From an uncultured Erysipelotrichaceae bacterium (GTDB taxonomy: Bacteria > Bacillota_I > Bacilli_A > Erysipelotrichales > Erysipelotrichaceae), in the NCBI GenBank assembly GCA_964457525.1, contig CAYWGS010000053.1, positions 1 to 10,237 on the forward strand: 10,237 nt of DNA. The letters are read 5' to 3'. The position numbers and the translations under genes were made by a program. Position 1 is the stretch's first letter; every line of letters starts with the position of its first letter. Shown here piece by piece: positions 1 to 6,678 of this stretch. The notes below the pieces were generated by a model, which worked only from the letters and a program-made list of their open reading frames with translations, was not told where the DNA came from and did no database searches.

Positions 1-1158
1 TGCATCAACGGATGATTGTGATTTAAGAGAAATAATTTGAATTAATAAGCCAACAGTAATCGAAATAAGGGGGATAAATATAACAAAAGGTAATCCAAAC
101 TGTGTAATGATGATAGCGGCAAGGCTTGTACCAAGTGCTGAGGATAGTTGAATACTTGAATCGGTTAAACTAACAATGAAGTTCGCATCATGACTGGTTT
201 CTTGAATCATACCTAAGTTCATTTGTAGACCGGTTAACCAAGCACTCATGACCCATAGAATAGTAAGAATAATATTTAATATGAGAATGGATCGAGTTAC
301 TAACATGAACACTAAGAATAGTAATTGAAGAAGTGCCCCATAGAGGATGGATTTTTGATAACCAAAATGATCTGAGAAGAAACCACCAATCGCATTACCT
401 GTAAACGCTGCGATGCCAACTCCTATTAACAAGATACTCATAAAGGATTCGACGGATGGGTAAAGTTCAATGATATATGGGGTGATATAGGTATATAAAG
501 CAGAGTATCCAATAAACATACTGAGTGTAAATAGTAGGATAAAGTGTACTTTAGGATTCTTTAGATGAACTAACTCATGCTTAATATGAGAACTCTCTGA
601 TCTTTTCTTAGAAATAGGAAGATTAAATTGGAAGTAAAGGATAACACTTAGAATAAGAATATTAAGAATCCAGAAAATACTACGCCAATCAAGAACTGTA
701 TATAGAACACGCGTAAGTGGAATACCAATTACTAGCGCTAAAGCATTACCGGTTAATAGAAATGCAAGGGATCTTCCTTGTTTACCACTTTCTGACATGG
801 ATATAACCGTTGACATCGCCAATACACCATAACTATTAGCCACTACACCCATGAGAGTTCTAAAGACGAGAAGTATTGCGAAGTTAGGGGCATAGATGAG
901 TCCAATTGTACTGATAAAAGTTAAGGATAGAAGGGTGATGATTAAGTGTTTACGATTCGCATTAAAGAATACAATTAATACAATGGGAACACCGATGGCA
1001 GCCCCAAGTGCATACGCAGAGTTTAGAAGTCCTGTTAAAGCGACACTTACATTTAAATCAATCGCAACTTTATCCAATATCCCATTGAATAGAGATGCGG
1101 TCATTGTACTCACAAAGTTCATAAGAGTAAAAACATATAGCGTTAATTTATTTTTCAT
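1..1158 (-). CDS. MFS transporter, DHA1 / AraJ-YdhP-PbuE-like efflux permease (C-terminus cut by the window edge)
   Basis: Absent from the ORF track because it has no stop in the window. The reverse strand is open for 386 codons from ATG at 1158 to base 1, with GAGGT 5 nt upstream of the ATG. Translation: MKNKLTLYVFTLMNFVSTMTASLFNGILDKVAIDLNVSVALTGLLNSAYALGAAIGVPIV... It contains many hydrophobic helices. The loop SESGKQGRSLAFLLTGNALALVIGIPL is typical of this MFS subfamily. Confidence 0.85.
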   Translation of the reverse strand, partial: MKNKLTLYVFTLMNFVSTMTASLFNGILDKVAIDLNVSVALTGLLNSAYALGAAIGVPIVLIVFFNANRKHLIITLLSLTFISTIGLIYAPNFAILLVFRTLMGVVANSYGVLAMSTVISMSESGKQGRSLAFLLTGNALALVIGIPLTRVLYTVLDWRSIFWILNILILSVILYFQFNLPISKKRSESSHIKHELVHLKNPKVHFILLFTLSMFIGYSALYTYITPYIIELYPSVESFMSILLIGVGIAAFTGNAIGGFFSDHFGYQKSILYGALLQLLFLVFMLVTRSILILNIILTILWVMSAWLTGLQMNLGMIQETSHDANFIVSLTDSSIQLSSALGTSLAAIIITQFGLPFVIFIPLISITVGLLIQIISLKSQSSVDA

Positions 1159-1174
1159 TTGATACCTCGTTGAT

Positions 1175-1205
1175 ATTCTAATCTCTGGAGTTGACTCCAT
1201 GTCAA
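1175..1205 (-). promoter_or_regulatory. Promoter of the MFS gene with MerR-type architecture (19-bp spacer containing a dyad)
   Basis: On the minus strand: TTGACA (1205-1200), a 19-nt spacer, TAGAAT (1180-1175), then 16 nt to the ATG at 1158. The spacer holds the inverted repeat TGGAGT-nn-ACTCCA (1186-1199). Confidence 0.6.
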
Positions 1206-1222
1206 GAAATTACTTACAAATA

Positions 1223-1239
1223 AAAGGGCAGTGCCCTTT
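1223..1239 (-). terminator. Weak intrinsic terminator after the oxidoreductase gene
   Basis: 7-bp stem AAAGGGC/GCCCTTT with a 3-nt loop, overlapping the stop codon. On the minus strand it is followed by TATTTGT. The U-tract is poor, so read-through into the MFS gene is possible. Confidence 0.4.
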
Positions 1240-2176
1240 AGTTGATTTCATTCGATATCTGTATAACAATCTTTCCTTTCGCATGACCTTTAGAAAATTC
1301 TGTTAAGGCTTCAGCGGATTTATGGAAAGGATAGACTTTCTCGATAATTGGTTTTATGTCTTTCTTAGATACAAGTTCTAGGATCTCTTTTAAGTTATTC
1401 ATATTGGTTTTAGATGCGAGTAGTTTATACTTTTTATTACCCAGGGAATAAATAGGAAACATTAACATATTTATAACTAACTGTTTAATCGATCCACCAA
1501 TCATCACAAGAATACCATTCTCTTTAAGATGCTTGTTATAGAAGGAATGGGAGTAAGTTCCATTAACCGATAGAATACGATCATAACGAAGTTTTAATTG
1601 GTTGATATCATCGCGTTTATAGTTAATCACCACATCAGCACCTAAATCACGTGCTTGTTCGACATTGTTTGTACTAACGATCGCTGTCACATGTGTTTTA
1701 TAATACTTAGCTAATTGAATGAGGAAAGTCCCAACTCCACCACTTGCGCCAAGAATGAGTAGTTTCTCATCTTCTTTGATCGGTCTTATTAATCGCAAGG
1801 CATCGAGTGCAGTTGTGGACGCAACAGGACAAGCGGACGCATCTAATAGAGATACGTTAAGCGGTACTTGAATGCACAAAGATTCATCCACTGCGATATA
1901 TTCCACAAGTCCTCCAAATCCAACATCAGAAGTATCACATACAATACGATCTCCAACATGAAGTGTTTTAACATCAGTTCCGAATTCTTCCACAATACCT
2001 GCAATCGCATTGCCTAGAATACCAGATTTAGGGACAGAGTTGATTTGGATTAATCGATAGTCACCTGCGTTGAGTGAAGTACTCACAACTCGAATTAATA
2101 CTTGATTAGGTTTATAGTCTGGTTTAATTATTTCTTTGATTTCAAACTTCTTCTTTTGATAGATCAGTGCTTTCAT
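1238..2176 (-). CDS. NAD(P)H-dependent quinone oxidoreductase / zeta-crystallin-like MDR-family alcohol dehydrogenase
   Basis: 312-aa ORF. It has a GroES-like N-terminal region and the Rossmann motif LILGASGGVGTFLIQLAKYY. The C-terminal ...GHAKGKIVIQ is typical of Qor-type MDR proteins. GAGGA RBS lies inside the upstream gene, and only 1 nt separates the upstream stop from this ATG. Confidence 0.85.
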   Translation of the reverse strand: MKALIYQKKKFEIKEIIKPDYKPNQVLIRVVSTSLNAGDYRLIQINSVPKSGILGNAIAGIVEEFGTDVKTLHVGDRIVCDTSDVGFGGLVEYIAVDESLCIQVPLNVSLLDASACPVASTTALDALRLIRPIKEDEKLLILGASGGVGTFLIQLAKYYKTHVTAIVSTNNVEQARDLGADVVINYKRDDINQLKLRYDRILSVNGTYSHSFYNKHLKENGILVMIGGSIKQLVINMLMFPIYSLGNKKYKLLASKTNMNNLKEILELVSKKDIKPIIEKVYPFHKSAEALTEFSKGHAKGKIVIQISNEIN

Positions 2177-2177
2177 A

Positions 2178-2402
2178 TTAATCCTCTATTACTTCGTAAC
2201 TAAAAACTTTTGTGATGGGACAGTTAAACGCATCCGCAATTCGAAACGCAAGTTCGAGGGTTGGTGCATATTTACCTGCTTCAATGGCCATAATGGTTTG
2301 TCGAGATACCCCAGCTTTTTCCGCAAGCTCTTGTTGGGTCATCTCATTCTCAAAGAAGCGTAGGGTTCGAACTTGGTTGTTTACCTTAATTTTCTTAGCC
2401 AT
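2178..2402 (-). CDS. Small XRE/Cro-C1-type helix-turn-helix transcriptional regulator (74 aa)
   Basis: The motif QQELAEKAGVSRQTIMAIEAGKYAPTLELAFRIADAF is a canonical XRE HTH. The start overlaps the upstream membrane-protein stop by 8 nt (ATGGCTAA). Confidence 0.85.
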   Translation of the reverse strand: MAKKIKVNNQVRTLRFFENEMTQQELAEKAGVSRQTIMAIEAGKYAPTLELAFRIADAFNCPITKVFSYEVIED

Positions 2403-2877
2403 TACGTACTCCTTTTAGATTGAGATAGATGTTTGTGATACCTTCTGTAATTCCGCCCAATAATGAGGCTATAAATATAATATTGAGTGTTAGTACAATA
2501 GAATTACCTAAGGCAAGATAGATAAGCCCTGTCACAAATCCAATCCCTGTGAGGGAGTAGCCAACTTGTATGGATTTAAGATCAATGAGTTTCGTCATTT
2601 CATCTTCGACCATTTCGACATTAAGGGACTTCTCAATCGACTTACTGTCTTTGTTTCTTTCTTTGATTGCGATGGATACTGAGAGGAAGATATGGAAGGC
2701 TATGTGTAAAATAATCATCACCACAACACCGATTCCAATATACACTAACATGACAGTTGCCCAATATTTTGGTTCTGTTTGAACCCCAATTTGTGGTAGT
2801 ATTTGTGTGGTATATGAGAGGAATATTATTAGGCTAGTGATTAAACTTATGAGTGTTTTCTTAACCTGATATGGCAT
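2395..2877 (-). CDS. Small integral membrane protein (about 4 TM helices) of unknown function, paired with the XRE regulator
   Basis: The ORF track gives 2395..2940. The internal ATG at 2877 (MPYQVKKTLISL...) is preferred because AAGGAG sits 7 nt upstream. There are two N-terminal and two C-terminal hydrophobic helices separated by a charged linker (KERNKDSKSIEKSLNVEMVEDE). Confidence 0.7.
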   Translation of the reverse strand: MPYQVKKTLISLITSLIIFLSYTTQILPQIGVQTEPKYWATVMLVYIGIGVVVMIILHIAFHIFLSVSIAIKERNKDSKSIEKSLNVEMVEDEMTKLIDLKSIQVGYSLTGIGFVTGLIYLALGNSIVLTLNIIFIASLLGGITEGITNIYLNLKGVRNG

Positions 2878-2912
2878 AATTCTGCTCCTTTTTGTTAAAA
2901 TGACTATTAATC

Positions 2913-2948
2913 TATACACAATGTATAATAAACTTAACATAGTGTCAA
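2913..2948 (-). promoter_or_regulatory. Promoter of the membrane-XRE-oxidoreductase operon with an overlapping palindrome (candidate XRE operator)
   Basis: On the minus strand: TTGACA (2948-2943), 17 nt, TACATT (2925-2920). The inverted repeat TATACA-caa-TGTATA (2913-2927) overlaps the -10. Confidence 0.5.
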
Positions 2949-3062
2949 GTTATCTGTTTATAAATTAGTGTATTTTATCTCTTTTTGTCCTACTTAAATA
3001 AGCTGAAAACCATCTGAAAGCCCTTATAATTAACTGTTTTTAATGTGAAAAATAGGTGAAAT

Positions 3063-3092
3063 TTGCCAAGAATAATATTGTTATGCTAAAAT
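3063..3092 (+). promoter_or_regulatory. Sigma-A-type promoter of the lipoprotein gene
   Basis: TTGCCA (3063-3068), 18 nt, TAAAAT (3087-3092), with TG at 3084-3085 giving an extended -10. The AGGAG RBS follows, then the TTG start at 3124. Confidence 0.5.
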
Positions 3093-3123
3093 CACCAAGT
3101 CATCAGATAAAGGAGACAAACGA

Positions 3124-3966
3124 TTGATTAAAACAAAGAAAGTATGGTTTGCTGGGATAATCTTGTTTCTTGCGGCCTGTACACAAACAACGGAAAGCAC
3201 ACATATTGTTTTGCAAAGAGCTGATGAGAACACAATCTTAAGTGCTGCCATTGTTTCACCTTTTACGTTTGAAGAGAGCGTTGAGACGACTTATGATAAG
3301 ACAACCATTAAAACGGTCCTTAATCCAATGGATAACACAAGAACGGGTTATTCTTGGCTCATATCAAAAGTGAGTGAGGGTAGCGTAGGCTATACTGAAA
3401 CTCGATATCGTTCAACTTATGATAGTGAGGGGAATCTACTATCAAAAGAATATATTCCGGATTCAGAAGTTTATTATGATGGTAAGCCAACGATTTACCA
3501 ATATGGTGCAAAAGTTGAAAAAGGTGCTTACTTCAATGCACGTTCAATTACGAAGTATGGTTATGATTGTACTGGATGTTATATTGGTTTAGATGGAGCA
3601 GCAGGAACGTCTGCTGGGATTCGTCTAAATGGAACAAGCATTCGTCAATCCAATGGTACTTGGTTGGATGGCATTACCTATGATGGTTATTATGTTGTGG
3701 CGGCTGATAAAGCATTCCCAAATTGTACTATTTTAGAAATTTCAAATCATACCTTTAGTGGAATGGGATTATCCCCAGATGTTCCATTCAAGGCTTTAGT
3801 TGTGGATCGTGGAAGCGCGATTACGACAAACAAACTTGATCTATTTGTTGGTAGCGAAAAGAATATCAATGTGGTGACAAATAAGCGTACTGCAAATAGT
3901 AAGGTTACAGTGGTTGGGTTCCTTAAGTGGACAAAGAATGGATTAGGCGAACGTATTTGTAAATAA
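3124..3966 (+). CDS. Secreted lipoprotein with a G5-like region and a C-terminal 3D (RlpA/MltA-like double-psi barrel) domain; YabE-like cell-wall protein
   Basis: TTG start with an AGGAG RBS. Signal peptide plus lipobox: MIKTKKVWFAGIILFLAAC. The C-terminus (YGYDCTGC...GTSAGIRL...YYVVAADKAFPNCTILEI...ALVVDRGSAITTNKLDLFVGSE) carries the conserved Asp pattern of 3D domains. The position just upstream of rnmV-ksgA matches yabE in Bacillus. Confidence 0.75.
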   Translation: MIKTKKVWFAGIILFLAACTQTTESTHIVLQRADENTILSAAIVSPFTFEESVETTYDKTTIKTVLNPMDNTRTGYSWLISKVSEGSVGYTETRYRSTYDSEGNLLSKEYIPDSEVYYDGKPTIYQYGAKVEKGAYFNARSITKYGYDCTGCYIGLDGAAGTSAGIRLNGTSIRQSNGTWLDGITYDGYYVVAADKAFPNCTILEISNHTFSGMGLSPDVPFKALVVDRGSAITTNKLDLFVGSEKNINVVTNKRTANSKVTVVGFLKWTKNGLGERICK

Positions 3967-4015
3967 GTCATTTATAAAATGACGTGATGCGTTGATTTAA
4001 ATCAACGCGTTTTTT
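3967..4015 (+). terminator. Tandem hairpins and intrinsic terminator after the lipoprotein gene
   Basis: First hairpin GTCATTT-ata-AAATGAC (3967-3983). Then the perfect 20-bp palindrome GCGTTGATTTAAATCAACGC (3989-4008), followed by GTTTTTT. Confidence 0.8.
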
Positions 4016-4038
4016 ATGCCCGAGAAGTCCCGAGATAA

Positions 4039-4167
4039 CTTGAAGATGACCTAAATATGACTCAAGACCAAGCTAGATATATAATTGAAAAATGGCTGGA
4101 TAAAGGGAAGATTGTTAGAATTGGTGGAAGTTCTAAGACAAAATATACACGAAATACAAAGATTTAA
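4039..4167 (+). pseudogene. Remnant of the C-terminal winged-helix end of a larger gene (Fic / AlbA_2-HATPase-type regulator tail)
   Basis: The open frame reads LEDDLNMTQDQARYIIEKWLDKGKIVRIGGSSKTKYTRNTKI*. The pattern ...A.YLL.KL...G.L.R.G.GR.T.Y is the usual C-terminal wHTH of such proteins. There is no RBS before the ATG at 4057, and the frame opens right after the upstream terminator. Confidence 0.4.
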
Positions 4168-4245
4168 ATTGAACATATAAGATTATTAGGGAATATTTAT
4201 GGACAGTGATTTGATTTCACTTGAAAGTTTCAATATATTAAGTTT

Positions 4246-4330
4246 GTACCAAGCAGTGGGGGAAGTTGTTTGGATCTAAACTTAAAGATTATCTTTAAGG
4301 AGAAGGCTAAGGAAACTTAGTCTTTTATTA
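4246..4330 (+). ncRNA. Candidate ~85-nt small RNA, or orphan promoter plus terminator left from a decayed gene
   Basis: Promoter: TTGATT (4211-4216), 17 nt, TATATT (4234-4239). Three hairpins follow. First, CCAAGCA/TGTTTGG (4249-4273). Second, the perfect 9+1+9 palindrome CTTAAAGATtATCTTTAAG (4281-4299). Third, GGCTAAG-GAAA-CTTAGTC (4305-4322), followed by TTTTATTATGTTTT. No ORF with an RBS. Confidence 0.3.
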
Positions 4331-4343
4331 TGTTTTATAGAGT

Positions 4344-4388
4344 TAAACTATAATAAGAATCAAAAAAATCACTGCTTATTATAGTTTA
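4344..4388. repeat. Perfect 14-bp inverted repeat with a 17-nt spacer
   Basis: TAAACTATAATAAG (4344-4357) and CTTATTATAGTTTA (4375-4388). Each arm contains TATAAT when read outward or inward. Confidence 0.6.
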
Positions 4389-4438
4389 GAAGCATAAAGT
4401 ATAATAACACGTCATAAATAGGCATATTTTGACTTGAA

Positions 4439-4447
4439 TGATATAAT
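4439..4447 (+). promoter_or_regulatory. Extended -10 element (TGaTATAAT) 7 nt upstream of the rnmV ATG
   Basis: TGATATAAT spans 4439-4447 and the ATG is at 4455. No Shine-Dalgarno lies between them. TATAATAACA is also present at 4400-4409. Confidence 0.4.
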
Positions 4448-4454
4448 AACAACG

Positions 4455-4994
4455 ATGAAAATAAAAGAAACGATTGTGGTAGAGGGCTATCACGATAAAC
4501 AAGCATTACTAAAGGTTATAGAGGCAAATATCCTCGTTACACAAGGTTCCTATTTAAGTGAGAAAACACTTAAAGTGATTGAAGAAGCACATAAAGAATC
4601 GGGTGTGATTGTGTTTACGGATCCAGATACACCAGGGAAAAAGATTCGTCAACGTATTCAAGACAGAATACCCGATGTTAAGCATGCGCATTTGATGCAG
4701 AAGGATGCGAGAGATAAGCGTAAAGTTGGGGTCGAACATGCCTCTGCAGAAGTACTACTCAAGGCATTAGAGAATGTGATGACTGTAAGTTATGAACATT
4801 CAGATTTAACCTTAAATGATTTGATTGATTTAGGTTTGAGTGGTCATCCTGAGAGTCAATCACTTAGAAAATGTTGTGCAGATAAGTTATTTATTGCGGA
4901 AGGGAATGCGAAGTCATTCTTGAAACAATGTCAGTTTAAACAGATTACTAAAGAAGAATTAAGAGAGCTCATACAACTATGCAAAAACCAATAA
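4455..4994 (+). CDS. rnmV: Ribonuclease M5 (5S rRNA maturase, Toprim domain)
   Basis: The ORF track starts at TTG 4434. The ATG at 4455 gives MKIKETIVVEGYHDKQAL..., the canonical RNase M5 N-terminus (Bacillus MKIKEVIVVEGKDD). It also has VIVFTDPDTPGKKIRQRI and GVEHAS motifs. Confidence 0.9.
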   Translation: MKIKETIVVEGYHDKQALLKVIEANILVTQGSYLSEKTLKVIEEAHKESGVIVFTDPDTPGKKIRQRIQDRIPDVKHAHLMQKDARDKRKVGVEHASAEVLLKALENVMTVSYEHSDLTLNDLIDLGLSGHPESQSLRKCCADKLFIAEGNAKSFLKQCQFKQITKEELRELIQLCKNQ

Positions 4995-5800
4995 GTTCAC
5001 ATGCACAAACGATTAAAATATTACGCGAACATCAACTCAAGGCGAAGAAACACTTTGGGCAGAATTTTATTATTGATCCAACGGTGGTGGAGAAGATTGC
5101 AAGACTTGCGGATGTGGAAAATAAGACAGTGATAGAAGTTGGACCTGGTTTAGGTGCCCTGACGGAACAACTTTCCAACAAAGCCAATAAAGTTATCGCT
5201 TATGAAATTGATCCGGATTGTGTCCAGGTCTTGAGTGAAGGATTAGGGGATCGTGAAAATCTAACAGTTATTCAAAAGGACTTCCTTACTACAAGCGCTG
5301 AAGAGATTGAATCAACTGGCGCAACCCATTGTGTTGGGAACTTACCATATTACATCACAACACCGATTCTATTTCATATCTTAGAGAATTTACCAAGTAT
5401 ACGGGTTGTGACTATTATGGTTCAAAAGGAAGTTGCCTTGCGTTTTAATGCGAGTGTGAATACGAAGGATTATAATGCGTTAACGATTATCCTACAGACC
5501 TTATGTGATATTAAGATGGTCATGAAAGTACCGCCTGCTGTTTTTCACCCTGCACCGAATGTTGAGTCTGCGGTTGTGCAGCTCAGACGTAAAGACATTG
5601 ATATCAATGATATGAAGGATTACTTTGAGTTTGTGAAAAAGGGTTTTACACAGCGTCGTAAGACTTTAGTGAATAATATGAAAGATTCATATGATATTAA
5701 AGATTCTTTAATCAAAATGAATTTATCTGAATCGGTTCGTGGCGAAGCACTTACCTTAGCTCAATGGAGAGAACTCTATGAAATATCGTGCATACGCTAA
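4979..5800 (+). CDS. rsmA: 16S rRNA (adenine1518/1519-N6)-dimethyltransferase
   Basis: Motifs HFGQNFIID, the SAM-binding EVGPGLGALTEQL and the catalytic GNLPYYITTPIL. Overlaps rnmV by 16 nt. Confidence 0.95.
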   Translation: MQKPISSHAQTIKILREHQLKAKKHFGQNFIIDPTVVEKIARLADVENKTVIEVGPGLGALTEQLSNKANKVIAYEIDPDCVQVLSEGLGDRENLTVIQKDFLTTSAEEIESTGATHCVGNLPYYITTPILFHILENLPSIRVVTIMVQKEVALRFNASVNTKDYNALTIILQTLCDIKMVMKVPPAVFHPAPNVESAVVQLRRKDIDINDMKDYFEFVKKGFTQRRKTLVNNMKDSYDIKDSLIKMNLSESVRGEALTLAQWRELYEISCIR

Positions 5801-6614
5801 GGTAAATTTAGGCTTGGATGTCGCATCAAAGCGTGAAGATGGTTATCATGAGCTTAAGAGTGTAATGGTTCCGATTCAACTTCATGACTTGATTGAGATT
5901 CATGTGAGTGAACAGATGCATTTTGAATGTGTTCCCAACTTTTTGATTCATCCAGATAAGAATACCTTACTTAAGATGATTGAAGTCTGTAGAGCTAAGT
6001 TTAACTTTACGGAGAACTTTTATATCCGTTTGTATAAACACATTCCTTCTCAAGCAGGGCTTGGGGGTGGAAGTAGTGATGCGGCTGCGATTCTTAATTA
6101 CTTGGATAAGTATTTTAAATGGAATTTAAGTGATCAAGAGAAGATTGATTTAGCAGTACAAGTTGGGGCTGATGTTCCATTCTGTTTGTTTGAGAAACCT
6201 GCTTTAGTTACAGGTATTGGTGAGAAGTTAGAGTTCTTCGAAAACAAAACTTCGTTTTGGATGGTTTTAGTTCAACCTCGTAAAGGTGTTTCTACGAAGA
6301 AAGCATTTGAAGGATTGGATATTCCAAATTTAGTTCATCCGAATATTGATCGTATAAAAGAGTCACTGATGAATAATAAATATTATCAATTTATTCATTC
6401 AATTGATAATAGTTTAGAGGCTAAGGCAATCACTTTAGTCCCTGAAATCAAACGTTTAAAAGAACTCCTTATAGAGTTGGGTTGTGATCGAAGTATGATG
6501 ACAGGAAGTGGTTCGGTTGTGATGGGTTTTTCTCAGAGTGAAGCGGTTATTGATGAGTGTATTAAAACACTCAGAAAACACGTACGATTTGTGCGTAAAA
6601 CTAAAATCTTATAA
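5778..6614 (+). CDS. ispE: 4-diphosphocytidyl-2-C-methyl-D-erythritol kinase (MEP pathway)
   Basis: Motifs YAKVNLGLDV...REDGYHEL and the GHMP kinase motif IPSQAGLGGGSSDAAA, plus MTGSGSVVMGF near the C-terminus. GGAGAG RBS. Overlaps rsmA by 23 nt. Confidence 0.95.
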   Translation: MKYRAYAKVNLGLDVASKREDGYHELKSVMVPIQLHDLIEIHVSEQMHFECVPNFLIHPDKNTLLKMIEVCRAKFNFTENFYIRLYKHIPSQAGLGGGSSDAAAILNYLDKYFKWNLSDQEKIDLAVQVGADVPFCLFEKPALVTGIGEKLEFFENKTSFWMVLVQPRKGVSTKKAFEGLDIPNLVHPNIDRIKESLMNNKYYQFIHSIDNSLEAKAITLVPEIKRLKELLIELGCDRSMMTGSGSVVMGFSQSEAVIDECIKTLRKHVRFVRKTKIL

Positions 6615-6622
6615 GTCACTTA
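6604..6622 (+). repeat. Left copy of the direct repeat flanking the TA cassette
   Basis: AAATCTTATAAGTCACTTA, which includes the last ispE codons and the stop. It matches 7200-7218 at 18 of 19 positions. Confidence 0.7.
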
Positions 6623-6635
6623 GGGTGACTTTTTT
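6613..6635 (+). terminator. Intrinsic terminator after ispE
   Basis: AAGTCAC-ttagg-GTGACTT followed by a T-run, starting inside the stop codon context. Confidence 0.75.
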
Positions 6636-6639
6636 AATG

Positions 6640-6678
6640 TTGATATAAGTTGATTGATGTATTACAATTGTAATACAT
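6640..6678 (+). promoter_or_regulatory. TA promoter with a 22-bp perfect palindromic operator
   Basis: TTGATA (6640-6645), 17 nt, TACAAT (6663-6668). The perfect palindrome ATGTATTACAATTGTAATACAT (6657-6678) covers the -10 and abuts the AGGAGG RBS (6679-6684). Confidence 0.65.

Noticed and set aside
896-1162. 88-aa + strand ORF from the track
   Set aside because: It lies entirely antisense to the much longer, clearly MFS-like minus-strand frame. It has no RBS and an odd composition, so it is a shadow ORF.
2212-2782. 68-aa (2212-2418) and 70-aa (2570-2782) + strand ORFs
   Set aside because: Both are antisense shadows of the XRE and membrane-protein genes, with no RBS and low-complexity Ser/Ile-rich translations.
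2878-2940. N-terminal extensions offered by the ORF track (2878-2940 on the membrane protein, 4434-4454 on rnmV, 7243-7257 on glmU)
   Set aside because: The internal starts have proper RBS spacing or match conserved family N-termini. The extension at 2878-2940 would also overlap the operon's own predicted promoter (2920-2948).
3747-3971. 74-aa minus-strand ORF
   Set aside because: Antisense to the 3D-domain region of the lipoprotein gene, with no RBS. Shadow ORF.
3961-3976. ATAAGTCATTTA after the lipoprotein stop, resembling the TA-flanking repeat core ATAAGTCACTTA
   Set aside because: The match is only 11 of 12 nt over a short AT-rich word adjacent to a stop codon. That is insufficient to claim a third repeat copy.
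4554-4739. 61-aa minus-strand ORF
   Set aside because: Antisense to rnmV. Shadow ORF.
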